Source of the DNA: Candidatus Brocadia sp.
GTDB lineage: Bacteria; Planctomycetota; Brocadiia; Brocadiales; Brocadiaceae
Assembly: GCA_021650915.1 (NCBI GenBank)
Contig: CP091279.1
Span: 2,100,001 to 2,132,000 of the forward strand
Direction of reading: 5' to 3'
DNA: 32,000 nucleotides
In this document: piece by piece, positions 6,803 to 14,814 of the stretch
Position numbering within the stretch: the first letter of the stretch is position 1
How the letters are laid out: each line of letters opens with the position of its first letter
Program-made: the position numbers and the translations under genes
Notes under the pieces: model-generated
Told to the model about the DNA's origin: nothing
Seen by the model: the letters and a program-made list of their open reading frames with translations, nothing else
Database searches by the model: none

Positions 6803-8808
6803 GCGTGCCTTGAAGTATGGGATACCTGAGTGGTTGAAAATATCACCTCTGCGAGCCTAAATCCTCGTAGAGAAGTTTGTACCTATGCGTATACAAAGGA
6901 GCAATCCGTGTGCGTAGAAGGATAGCGTATTCCCGTGAGGGGTATGACGGAGTTACGAGGTACAGACGACCTTTTGGGGTGTATGAATATGGCGTGTTAG
7001 TTCGTGCCAACTGCCCTTTCTCAGTAAAGCACTGACAAATGTCCTTGTTGGAGATGATGCAAGCGATTCGGTGAAAACATCTCTGGATAATGCGTTTGAA
7101 CATACATCACGAAGGGAAAAGGGGTAATCCATATGACCGGGGGAGGACTTACGTCTTGGGAAGAAATTCCCTAACAGCGAGGTATAAGGGAAATCCGAAA
7201 TCCAAGCTGTATGAGATGGTGACGGACGACTGGCTCTCACAGGTCTGTCTTTGAAGTCGTCAGCAGCGCTCATAATAGTTTCTGGTGTAAGCCAGGAATG
7301 AAGGGGCATAACCGTAGTGGAGTTGATGAAACGTGGTAGATTGAATACGTTCCATGAGAAAAGAGACTCTTTGCATGGGCAAGTAGTAGCAAGAGACTCT
7401 CTTGTTTTGCCTCTGTCAGGAGGAATCTCGACTCAGGAAACACGATTGACAAGTCTATTATCCGGAATCAATCAAAAGGAACATATCGGGAGATGCTTAA
7501 GTATCATTCTTTAAGAGACAAGGTATTCAGTCTGAGAAACCTTTATGCGGCTTTTGGGCACGTAAAGAAGAATAAAGGCAAGGCTGGTCTCGACAGGGTA
7601 AGTATTAAGCAGTTTGAAAGTGACCTTGAGAATAATCTACAAGCTATTCACAAGGAACTGAAAACCGCCATATACAACCCTGCGCCCGTCTTAAGGGTCT
7701 ACATTCCCAAAGGCAGGCATGACAAGAGACCTCTTGGCATTCCCATTGTCAAGGACAGGGTAGTACAGCAAGCGTTCAGACAAATCATAGAGCCAATATT
7801 CGAGAAAGAATTCTCGGATAACAGCTTTGGATTTCGTCCAAACAGATGCTGTCATGATGCTATCAAACGGATTGAACAGTATAAGCAGCAAGGGTATCGG
7901 AACATTTTGGACGCCGATATAAAGGCGTTCTATGACACCATACCTCATAAGCTTATCATGAACTCCTTGCGTGAGAAAATCGCTGACGGATGGGTGTTGA
8001 ACAGTATCGAGAACATGCTCAAGGCAGGGGTCATGGAGGACGGCATCGTGCATGAGACAAATCAAGGCACTCCGCAAGGAGGCGTCATATCTCCCTTGCT
8101 TGCAAACCTTATCGGTGACATCATCGACAAGGAGCTTGAAAAGGCAGGATATAAATTTGTCCGCTATGCCGATGACTTCGTTGTCATGACTAAAACGAAA
8201 GAAGAACTCCCTGCCGCCCTTCAGTACGTCAAAGAAATCATCGAAGGGAAACTTGAAATGAAGCTGAGCGAGGATAAAACCAGGCTCACCAACTTCAAAC
8301 GAGGCTTCCGGTTTCTCGGATATAATTTCATGGGCAAGAACAAGGGTGTAAGCATGAAATCCCTGGACAAACTCAAGGACGCCGTCAGAGACATCACCAA
8401 ACGCACACAAGGCGTCAACCTGCAAGCCGTCATTGATACATTAAATCCTGTCATAAGGGGACATGTCAACTATTTTCGGCTGGGCAATGTACAAACGGTA
8501 TATCGCTCGTTAGACTGCTGGGTACGCATGAGACTGAGAAGTTTCAAGTTTTCGAGAAAATGGAAAACTGACAACAAACGTTTCCCGGTACACCGATTCT
8601 TTAAGATGGGGTTACTCTCATTTGAAAGAGAATTTCTTAAGGCACGTGCAAAGGCATGATAGGTTACTTTTCTCTGCTCCAGAGCAACACTATGGGGTCG
8701 CTAACTACGGGAAAGCCGTATGGTTTAAAAGGATACTTTGTCACGTTGTCCAAAGTATCTGGCGACGATTGGGGGTTGGAGGCGATTCGCCTCCTTCCTA
8801 CCAGCTAA
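6803..8808 (+). mobile_element. Group II intron (~2.0 kb); boundaries uncertain by about 2 nt at each end
   Basis: It encodes an RT/maturase ORF with ~690 nt of 5' non-coding and ~150 nt of 3' non-coding structured sequence. A domain VI-like hairpin at 8771-8802 has a bulged A at 8800. Flanking exons rejoin in frame to the ISAs1 motif GHWSIENSLHYVRDV. Confidence 0.85.
7493..8659 (+). CDS. Group II intron reverse transcriptase/maturase (RT plus X domain, no DNA-binding/endonuclease domain)
   Basis: 388 aa with RT blocks (..RPLGIPIVKDRVVQQA.., ..FGFRP.., ..DADIKAFYDTIPH.., ..GTPQGGVISPLLANL.., YADDFVV) and maturase-like LNPVIRGHVNYF. The protein ends soon after, with no HNH motif. Confidence 0.95.
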   Translation: MLKYHSLRDKVFSLRNLYAAFGHVKKNKGKAGLDRVSIKQFESDLENNLQAIHKELKTAIYNPAPVLRVYIPKGRHDKRPLGIPIVKDRVVQQAFRQIIEPIFEKEFSDNSFGFRPNRCCHDAIKRIEQYKQQGYRNILDADIKAFYDTIPHKLIMNSLREKIADGWVLNSIENMLKAGVMEDGIVHETNQGTPQGGVISPLLANLIGDIIDKELEKAGYKFVRYADDFVVMTKTKEELPAALQYVKEIIEGKLEMKLSEDKTRLTNFKRGFRFLGYNFMGKNKGVSMKSLDKLKDAVRDITKRTQGVNLQAVIDTLNPVIRGHVNYFRLGNVQTVYRSLDCWVRMRLRSFKFSRKWKTDNKRFPVHRFFKMGLLSFEREFLKARAKA

Positions 8809-9289
8809 AACAGCCTCCATTACGTTCGTGATGTCACCTTTGATGAAGACCGCTCCCCGATTCGAACAAACCATGCACCCAGGGTTATGGCCTCCCTCAA
8901 AAATTGCATCATCAGCATCTTTCGCTCACTGGGGAGAACCGCTATCGCACAAACTCTTAGAAATTTAACCTACCAACCTCACCTTGCCCTGAAACTCCTT
9001 CGCTTATAACGTCTCTTTCTTCCCCTTCCCCCCTTATTTCCCATGCCCTTCGAGGCACATGGGGATTCCCTTGTCTTTTATGCCTTTTTTTGTCATCTTT
9101 TCGTGTCTTTGCTCGTTTTTCCCTCTTCAAACCCCTTCTTTCCCTTGCCTTGCCACTCTCTCTTTTTTTGATCATCATGACTTTGACGTTACCCTGCCGA
9201 AAAAATCCTTGAATTGGCAATATTTTGTCATTACTATACTATCTGATTTCCCGTATTAGGCCGCCAAATATAATAGATCGTTCTGAAAC

Positions 9290-9469
9290 ATGGTATCCTG
9301 CAAGATATGTGGTCTTCATAAAGGTGAACGCCTGTGTATCGAATTGGGAGACTGGCTGTGTCCCGAGTGTTGTGGCCAACATCGAATCATAGAGATCAAT
9401 TGCTGGGCTTACTGCCCGTTCTTTTTGGGTGAGCAAACCTCCGTCAACCCGGGAAAGAATAAAAAATAA
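9290..9469 (+). CDS. Small cysteine-rich protein (59 aa), putative zinc-ribbon; below the ORF-track cutoff
   Basis: MVSCKICGLHKGERLCIELGDWLCPECCGQHRIIEINCWAYCPFFLGEQTSVNPGKNKK has 8 Cys, including CxxC..CxxCC. It is co-oriented with and 23 nt upstream of the next gene. The RBS is weak. Confidence 0.35.
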   Translation: MVSCKICGLHKGERLCIELGDWLCPECCGQHRIIEINCWAYCPFFLGEQTSVNPGKNKK

Positions 9470-9492
9470 ATCTTACAGGAGACCGCCTGTCA

Positions 9493-10428
9493 ATGCGCCA
9501 ACCACGGATAATTACCCTGCTGACGGATTTTGGCAATCAGGACGCATACGTGGGCATTATGAAAGGGGTAATCTCAGGTATTAATCCTGTGGCAAATATT
9601 ATCGACATTTGCCACAGCATTCCGCCACAGGACGTATTCAACGGCGCTTATCTTCTCTCCACAGCCTATAGATATTTCCCCAAAGGCGCTATTCACGTAG
9701 CTGTTGTTGACCCAGGAGTCGGAAGCGAGAGAGACATTGTCTGTGTTGAAATCCGGGATCATACCTTTCTCGCGCCCAATAACGGCATTCTCAGTTTTGT
9801 TATTCAGGAAGAAAGACCGAAAAGGATTTTTCGGGTAACAAACAGCAGATATTTTTTGGCGTCCCCCGGCAATACCTTTCACGGACGCGACATCTTTGCG
9901 CCTGTTGCAGCGCATTTGTCGCTTGGGGTAAAACCGCAGCAACTGGGCGACACATCCCATTCCCTGGAAACCCTTGATATCCCCCAGCCAGTGCAAAAAA
10001 ATCAGGGACAATTAGAAGGGCGCATCATTTCCATTGACCGGTTTGGAAACCTTATCACCAATTTTACACAAGCGCAGATTACAAGGCACTTCAGCAACCA
10101 AACGCAAAATGGTGGCGGGAGAACAGGGATTGGGAGGCTGAAGACAGACGACAGACGAATGACGACAGATACATTAAGAAAAACTTCTAAAAACAGGATG
10201 GTATTACTCTGTACCACGATGGAAACAACCCTTGGAAGAAAGAGAATTATCGGATTGAGTAATACCTATGCGAGTGTACCGGCAGGGACGCCGCTCGTCC
10301 TTTTTGGAAGCGCAGGCTTTTTAGAGGTATCTGTCAATCAGGGAAATGCCCGGCAATACTTTAAGATTGACAGAGGGGATGTCATAACCATTGGAAGCGG
10401 AAGAAAGAAACTCATTAAGACGAAATGA
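9493..10428 (+). CDS. S-adenosyl-L-methionine hydrolase (adenosine-forming), DUF62 / SAM hydroxide adenosyltransferase family
   Basis: The N-terminus IITLLTDFGNQDAYVGIMKGVI.., VVDPGVGS, FHGRDIFAPVAA and DRFGNLITN are family hallmarks. AGGAGA RBS upstream. Confidence 0.85.
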   Translation: MRQPRIITLLTDFGNQDAYVGIMKGVISGINPVANIIDICHSIPPQDVFNGAYLLSTAYRYFPKGAIHVAVVDPGVGSERDIVCVEIRDHTFLAPNNGILSFVIQEERPKRIFRVTNSRYFLASPGNTFHGRDIFAPVAAHLSLGVKPQQLGDTSHSLETLDIPQPVQKNQGQLEGRIISIDRFGNLITNFTQAQITRHFSNQTQNGGGRTGIGRLKTDDRRMTTDTLRKTSKNRMVLLCTTMETTLGRKRIIGLSNTYASVPAGTPLVLFGSAGFLEVSVNQGNARQYFKIDRGDVITIGSGRKKLIKTK

Positions 10429-10564
10429 GTTTGTCGTGCGACAGCGCCACAATCAAAAAACTTTTTAGCAATACGTTTGTGGGTACTATCGAAATACTGC
10501 AATGCGATGCAGGCTTAAATTCACGGATTAGTCTTCCTACCGAATCCACCTTCCCGCGTCCCTT

Positions 10565-11761
10565 CTATTTTATGGGAACAATTTCAGCCCTTCGGTTCAG
10601 TGCGCGCCCTGCTTCTGTGTCGTTAGGAGCGATCGGATTTTTATATCCAAAACCCACGGTAGAGATTCGCGATGCTTGAATACCTTTCCCGACCAGATAA
10701 TCCTTTACCGCCCTGGCCCTTTTTTCGGAAAGATCTATGTTATAAGCCATTGACCCAATATTGTCCGTGTGTCCTTCTATCCGTATACTCATATCCGGAT
10801 TTTTTTGCAAAATATCGACTATGTTGCCTAAATTTGAGTTAAACTCTTCTTTAATATCCCATTTCTTATAATCAAATGTAACTCCTTTGACTACCCAGCA
10901 TCCACGGGAATCGACAATGGCCCCTTTCGGTGTATCCGGACATTCATCGTCCTTATCGTAAACGCCATCACCATCAGTATCAATATCAATAGTGCTGACT
11001 TGTTTCGGTATAGCGGTCAAAAAAACCTTTTTTACAAATTCCGCCATATTTTCGCTGGACGCAATCTCATCGGCAGTTACTGAAAAACCACATGGCACTC
11101 CCCTTACAAGCTCCTGGAGCTCTTTTTCTCCTTCAACGGTGTTTCCTACAAATATGGTGTAGAGACACACCCGCTCTCCATACATTTCTTTTAAATCATG
11201 AACCCTCTTCAAGGGGCTCCCGATCAATTGTTCCCCGTCACTGATAAGTATCACTGCATTTTGGCCGCCCGACGTCAGCAACAGATTTTTTGCGTCTTTG
11301 ATGGCATTGCCAGCAGGGCTGCATCCATCAGGAATCGTTATCCCATTGAGCATGCCTTCCAGAAGCCCCCGCGAGTGCTTCGTAAGCTCATAGACAATAA
11401 ATGTCTTGTCCAGTGGCTTAAGAAATTCGTGTCCAAAGGTAACCATGGCGCTATTTACCTCGACTTCAGGCAGGGTATTATTCATTCTCATCAAAATATC
11501 TTTTGCTACAGCAAATTTAGAATGTCCTTTATTCACAATACCATTATATTCTTCCTTCATCGATGCGGATGCGTCTAAAATAATCACAAAACTTTCAATC
11601 TTTGATACATACTGCACATCCTGCGATTCTGCCTCCAAATTCTGAGGAACAAAACTTTCCATCGGTCCGATGGGTTTCTTTAAAGACGCGAGCTGCGCGC
11701 AACCTGTAAAAAAGGTAATTAACGCGATAAAAATCGATGCAGGTCGATAGATTTTCCTCAT
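10565..11761 (-). CDS. OmpA-family lipoprotein with vWA domain and thrombospondin-type-3 Ca-binding repeat
   Basis: Lipobox FFTGC in the signal peptide; vWA-like VIILDASASM; DTDGDGVYDKDDECPDTPKG; C-terminal OmpA domain (..HTDNIGS..YN..LSEKRA..V..YL...G......GFG...P.A.N....GRA.NRR.E). Confidence 0.85.
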   Translation of the reverse strand: MRKIYRPASIFIALITFFTGCAQLASLKKPIGPMESFVPQNLEAESQDVQYVSKIESFVIILDASASMKEEYNGIVNKGHSKFAVAKDILMRMNNTLPEVEVNSAMVTFGHEFLKPLDKTFIVYELTKHSRGLLEGMLNGITIPDGCSPAGNAIKDAKNLLLTSGGQNAVILISDGEQLIGSPLKRVHDLKEMYGERVCLYTIFVGNTVEGEKELQELVRGVPCGFSVTADEIASSENMAEFVKKVFLTAIPKQVSTIDIDTDGDGVYDKDDECPDTPKGAIVDSRGCWVVKGVTFDYKKWDIKEEFNSNLGNIVDILQKNPDMSIRIEGHTDNIGSMAYNIDLSEKRARAVKDYLVGKGIQASRISTVGFGYKNPIAPNDTEAGRALNRRAEIVPIK

Positions 11762-12064
11762 AATGAATCCTCAGTAAACGATGAGAGGCGAGATGTCAGG
11801 AAATCGTTTTTTCCCTTGTGTTGATAGCTTAGCAAAAACAAGGCAGATTGCAAGCTTTTTCCTTCTTTTCAGTCGTAGTGTACACACAAATGCGTTAAAG
11901 TGGCAAAGACACGGAGATCGTGCGTAAAAAACAAAGATGAAATGGCGGAAGCCCAGGGTAACATCAAAGTCAAGGGGAGAAAGAAAAAGAAGGGAGCGCC
12001 GGCAAATAAACACCGATGGTCCATTCTACGCTAAAGTCCGTTTGTCGAACGCAAAACCTTCATA

Positions 12065-12526
12065 TCAAACTGATGCCCTTTGCGATATTGCAAGAACGGC
12101 GTCTTTTAATGTCACTTGTTTGCGATAGGCCCAGTCGACGATAGTCATCCAGACAAATCCCAGCAAAGCAGTTCCTCCCGCTGCCAGAAGCCCTGAGGTG
12201 ATCCAGCCTATCGGGCCTAAAAAATTGGTAATCTCCGCAATCAGCCCCGTCGCACTTTTTGCAATCATATACCCGCCTCCCCCCGCCACGATGAGGAGTA
12301 TTCCCGATTTGCCAAGAATTTCCAGGATACTATGCTCAGAAATCTTTTCGCTAAAGTATTCTTCGTAAATCATTGCGCACATCACGACGTCGGTTGCGAT
12401 CAGGGCAATATGTGCCGGAATTTCAGCGCCTGGTTTTGGCGCACCACCAATGACAATATTCCCTGCAGAAAATTCTGCAATCTTCAGCACCGTCTTCCTG
12501 CGTTTTTTCCATATGCATGTTGACAT
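12065..12526 (-). CDS. Hypothetical glycine-rich membrane protein (possibly DUF697-like)
   Basis: The start was moved to the ATG at 12526, which has GGAGG 7 nt upstream. Hydrophobic Gly-rich segments (LLIVAGGGGYMIA, GLLAAGGTALLGFVW). No confident family call. Confidence 0.5.
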   Translation of the reverse strand: MSTCIWKKRRKTVLKIAEFSAGNIVIGGAPKPGAEIPAHIALIATDVVMCAMIYEEYFSEKISEHSILEILGKSGILLIVAGGGGYMIAKSATGLIAEITNFLGPIGWITSGLLAAGGTALLGFVWMTIVDWAYRKQVTLKDAVLAISQRASV

Positions 12527-12975
12527 CAGAAAGCCTCCTTGTTTTGGCAATAATCTATTTCCAGGGGTCACTCCAAGGTGATCATAGACATTTTATCTTT
12601 TTTAAACGTAACATATTTCCATTCATTTTTCAATCGCTTTAATCCCCGTCTGCTTCAGGTACGGATACATCCTAACGAAATGAGTCGCGTATATTGTGTT
12701 CTCCTGTAACCCCCTTTACGGCTATAAAAGAACAAGGGGATAGCTGATGTCCATGGGACAAAATATTCATTGCGCACACGTCCGATCGGTGATAAAATTC
12801 AGAAAATCGTCCTCAAATGAATACAAAGACCCACGATGGAGACGTTTGTGCGTGGGAAGAGGCGGGCTATCTTATCGAATCGTGATAACGAATAACATAG
12901 GAGGTTGGGTAAAGCGGAGCGCATCTTGGTCATTACGGATGCCGATCATGAACTTTATTATAAGGAGGTAGGATT

Positions 12976-13545
12976 ATGGAAAACAAAATAAAATGGGAAG
13001 AGAAGATGGACATGGCCATATCAAGGGCGCGATCTGAAAACAAGCCGGTGTTGCTCGATTTCTTTAACCCAGGCTGAATCGGATGTCAACAGATGGATAC
13101 AGTTTCGTATCCTGATGAAAAAGTTATCAAATTCCTCAACAATTTTGTAATTCCACTGCGTGTGCGTCATGATGCACAGCCTCTCGCCACGGATTTTAGC
13201 ATAAAGTGGACCCCCACACTTGTCATCCTTGATTCAGATGGCAAAGAACACCACAGGACTGTCGGTTTTCTGTCCCCTGAAGAATTAATCCCTTCATTAT
13301 TACTGGGTATTGCAAAGCTTCATTTTGACTTGAATGCGTTCAAAGAGGCGCTTTCAAACCTGGAAAAGATTTTGTTTGATTTCCCCAAAAGTAGTTCGGC
13401 GCCGGAGGCAATTTACCTAAAAGGTGTATGTTCGTACAAGGATACAAAAAATCCAAGGGGACTTAAGGAAGCTTACGAACAACTTCAGGCCAGATATCCT
13501 GAGAGCGAGTGGACAAAGCGGGCATATCCCTATCGGCTTTTGTAA
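12976..13545 (+). CDS. Thioredoxin-fold (Thioredoxin_7-like) protein with in-frame TGA: candidate selenoprotein (U-x-x-C)
   Basis: ATG at 12976 has AAGGAGG 7 nt upstream. The frame runs MENKIKWEEKMDMAISRARSENKPVLLDFFNPG-TGA(13075-13077)-IGCQQMDTVSYPDEKVIKFLNNFV.. and continues in frame into ORF 13093-13545. The TGA sits where the first Cys of the CxxC redox motif is expected. Confidence 0.75.
13095..13112 (+). promoter_or_regulatory. Candidate bacterial SECIS hairpin
   Basis: GGAUAC-AGUUUC-GUAUCC is a perfect 6-bp stem starting 17 nt after the UGA. The apical loop begins 23 nt downstream and has G then U at loop positions 2-3. Confidence 0.45.
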
Positions 13546-13616
13546 TAGATCTCACAGAACAGAAAAATCACAAACAATTACGTTTGTTCCCAAAGAATTT
13601 ATCAAACCTTCGAAGA

Positions 13617-13654
13617 CTTCCCCCCCAGGATCTCCCCCGTTTACGGAAAGATTC
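13617..13654 (+). terminator. Strong GC hairpin between the thioredoxin-like gene and the pirin gene (terminator-like, no U tract)
   Basis: CTTCCCCCCCAG (13617-13628) pairs with CTGGGGGGAAG (13644-13654) with one bulged C. No T-run follows. Confidence 0.3.
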
Positions 13655-13718
13655 TGGGGGGAAGGGATATGTAATTGAAATTTCCTATACATAAAATTAT
13701 GGGTATCGGGGAGGCGCT

Positions 13719-14633
13719 ATGACCGAAACACGAAAGATCCGCCAGGTATTGAAAAGTAAGCCTGCGATCGAAGGAGCCGGTGTCCACCTTAAACGGGCAT
13801 TCGGGCGTAGCCAGGTTCCGATGTTTGACCCTTTTTTGCTTCTGGACGATTTCCGCTCAGATAATCCAGAGGACTATATAAAGGGTTTTCCTTGGCACCC
13901 GCATCGTGGAATAGAAACAATCACCTATGTTCTTCAGGGAGATGTTGAGCATGGTGACAGCATGGGAAATAAGGGCGTTATATCGTCTGGCGATATACAA
14001 TGGATGACCGCTGGGAGCGGGATCATACACCAGGAAATGCCTAAAGGCGATCCAAAGGGTGTGATGCTGGGATTTCAACTTTGGGCAAACCTCCCCAAAG
14101 TCTATAAGATGATGGAGCCGCGTTATCGGGACGTGAAAAGCGGACAAATCCCGGAGGTAATGCTTGATAATGGCTCAAAGGTCAGGGTCATATGTGGTAA
14201 AGCTGGTGGCCAACAAGGACCTGTTCGGGATATTATTACCGACCCGGAATACCTTGATATAACCGTCACAGCCCGGTCAGAATTCGTACACCCGACAAAG
14301 CGCGGACACACTGTTTTTGCGTACGTCATTGAAGGCAAGGGATACTTTTGCAAGGAAAAGCTGCCGTTTTCCTATGAGATCGAAGGTGTCAACTATTTCG
14401 ATCTGCAAAGAGATCCCTTTGTAAGTAACGAGACTCTTGTCTTGTTTGATGATGGCGATCAGATGATGGTCTCGACGGAAGACGATGCAGTCAGGTTCCT
14501 GCTTATATCTGGCAAGCCCCTTGGTGAGCCGGTCGCCTGGTACGGCCCTATTGTGATGAATACGGAAGATGAACTACGGATCGCTTTTGATGAGTACCAT
14601 AATGGCACGTTTATTAAGCACAGGAGAGTTTAA
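13719..14633 (+). CDS. Pirin-family protein
   Basis: Bicupin signature ..GFPWHPHRGIETITYVLQGDVEHGDSMGN.G.I..GD.QWMTAGSGIIHQEMP.., length 304 aa. Confidence 0.9.
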   Translation: MTETRKIRQVLKSKPAIEGAGVHLKRAFGRSQVPMFDPFLLLDDFRSDNPEDYIKGFPWHPHRGIETITYVLQGDVEHGDSMGNKGVISSGDIQWMTAGSGIIHQEMPKGDPKGVMLGFQLWANLPKVYKMMEPRYRDVKSGQIPEVMLDNGSKVRVICGKAGGQQGPVRDIITDPEYLDITVTARSEFVHPTKRGHTVFAYVIEGKGYFCKEKLPFSYEIEGVNYFDLQRDPFVSNETLVLFDDGDQMMVSTEDDAVRFLLISGKPLGEPVAWYGPIVMNTEDELRIAFDEYHNGTFIKHRRV

Positions 14634-14814
14634 TATGATGTTGTCATATTTTTGAATATTGATACAAAGGAGACGAGCCGTACTTTTTCAGAAAACGAAC
14701 ATGGTACTGAAGGGCTTGTTCCTGAGATCGTCCCTGAAGAATCTCGAGTCATACCGGGCAGAGTAATGATAGGCAACCACAGAGTAGGCAAACCGTTTTT
14801 CTAAATAAACCTGA

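Larger units (their letters stand above)
5229..9009 (+). pseudogene. DUF4338-like::ISAs1-family (H-repeat-associated) transposase, frameshifted and intron-interrupted
   Basis: Segments are 5229-6557 (frame 0), ~6552-6802 (frame 1: ..FPPQHKTIDKHHGRIEIRQVW..RLNRGHWSI) and 8807-9009 (ENSLHYVRDVTFDEDRSPIRTNHAPRVMASLKN..). ISAs1 hallmarks are present: IPDPR..GKRH.., AIDGKTLKG, VTLDALHTQKETA, HGRIE, HW.IEN.LH..DV.F.ED. Confidence 0.85.
5150..9197 (+). mobile_element. ISAs1-family element (~2.04 kb native) with DUF4338-like N-terminal module, carrying a group II intron
   Basis: Candidate imperfect IRs: GCAGGGCTACGTCAAGCAT (5150-) versus the reverse complement of 9179-9197, GCAGGGTAACGTCAAAGTCAT. 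No TSD was seen, and the boundaries are less certain than the gene call. Confidence 0.6.

Noticed and set aside
7691-8425. 244-aa minus-strand ORF
   Set aside because: It is antisense to the group II intron RT gene, whose RT motifs are unambiguous, so this is a shadow ORF.
8957-9220. 87-aa K/R/E-rich minus-strand ORF
   Set aside because: It is an artefact of translating the polypyrimidine tract (polypurine on the minus strand). It overlaps the ISAs1 3' exon and the putative IR.
9239-9436. 65-aa minus-strand ORF
   Set aside because: It is featureless. The overlapping plus-strand 59-aa ORF has a non-random Cys pattern and is co-oriented with the downstream gene.
12747-12971. 74-aa plus-strand ORF upstream of the thioredoxin-like gene
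   Set aside because: It has no RBS and no motifs, is basic and low-complexity, and more likely lies in the 5' leader/promoter region.
13075-13077. TGA read as a simple nonsense mutation or as the true upstream boundary of the gene
   Set aside because: The upstream 33 codons have a strong RBS and ATG and a thioredoxin-like sequence. The stop falls exactly on the first redox-Cys position, with a hairpin at SECIS distance. Pseudogenisation remains the alternative if the genome lacks Sec machinery.
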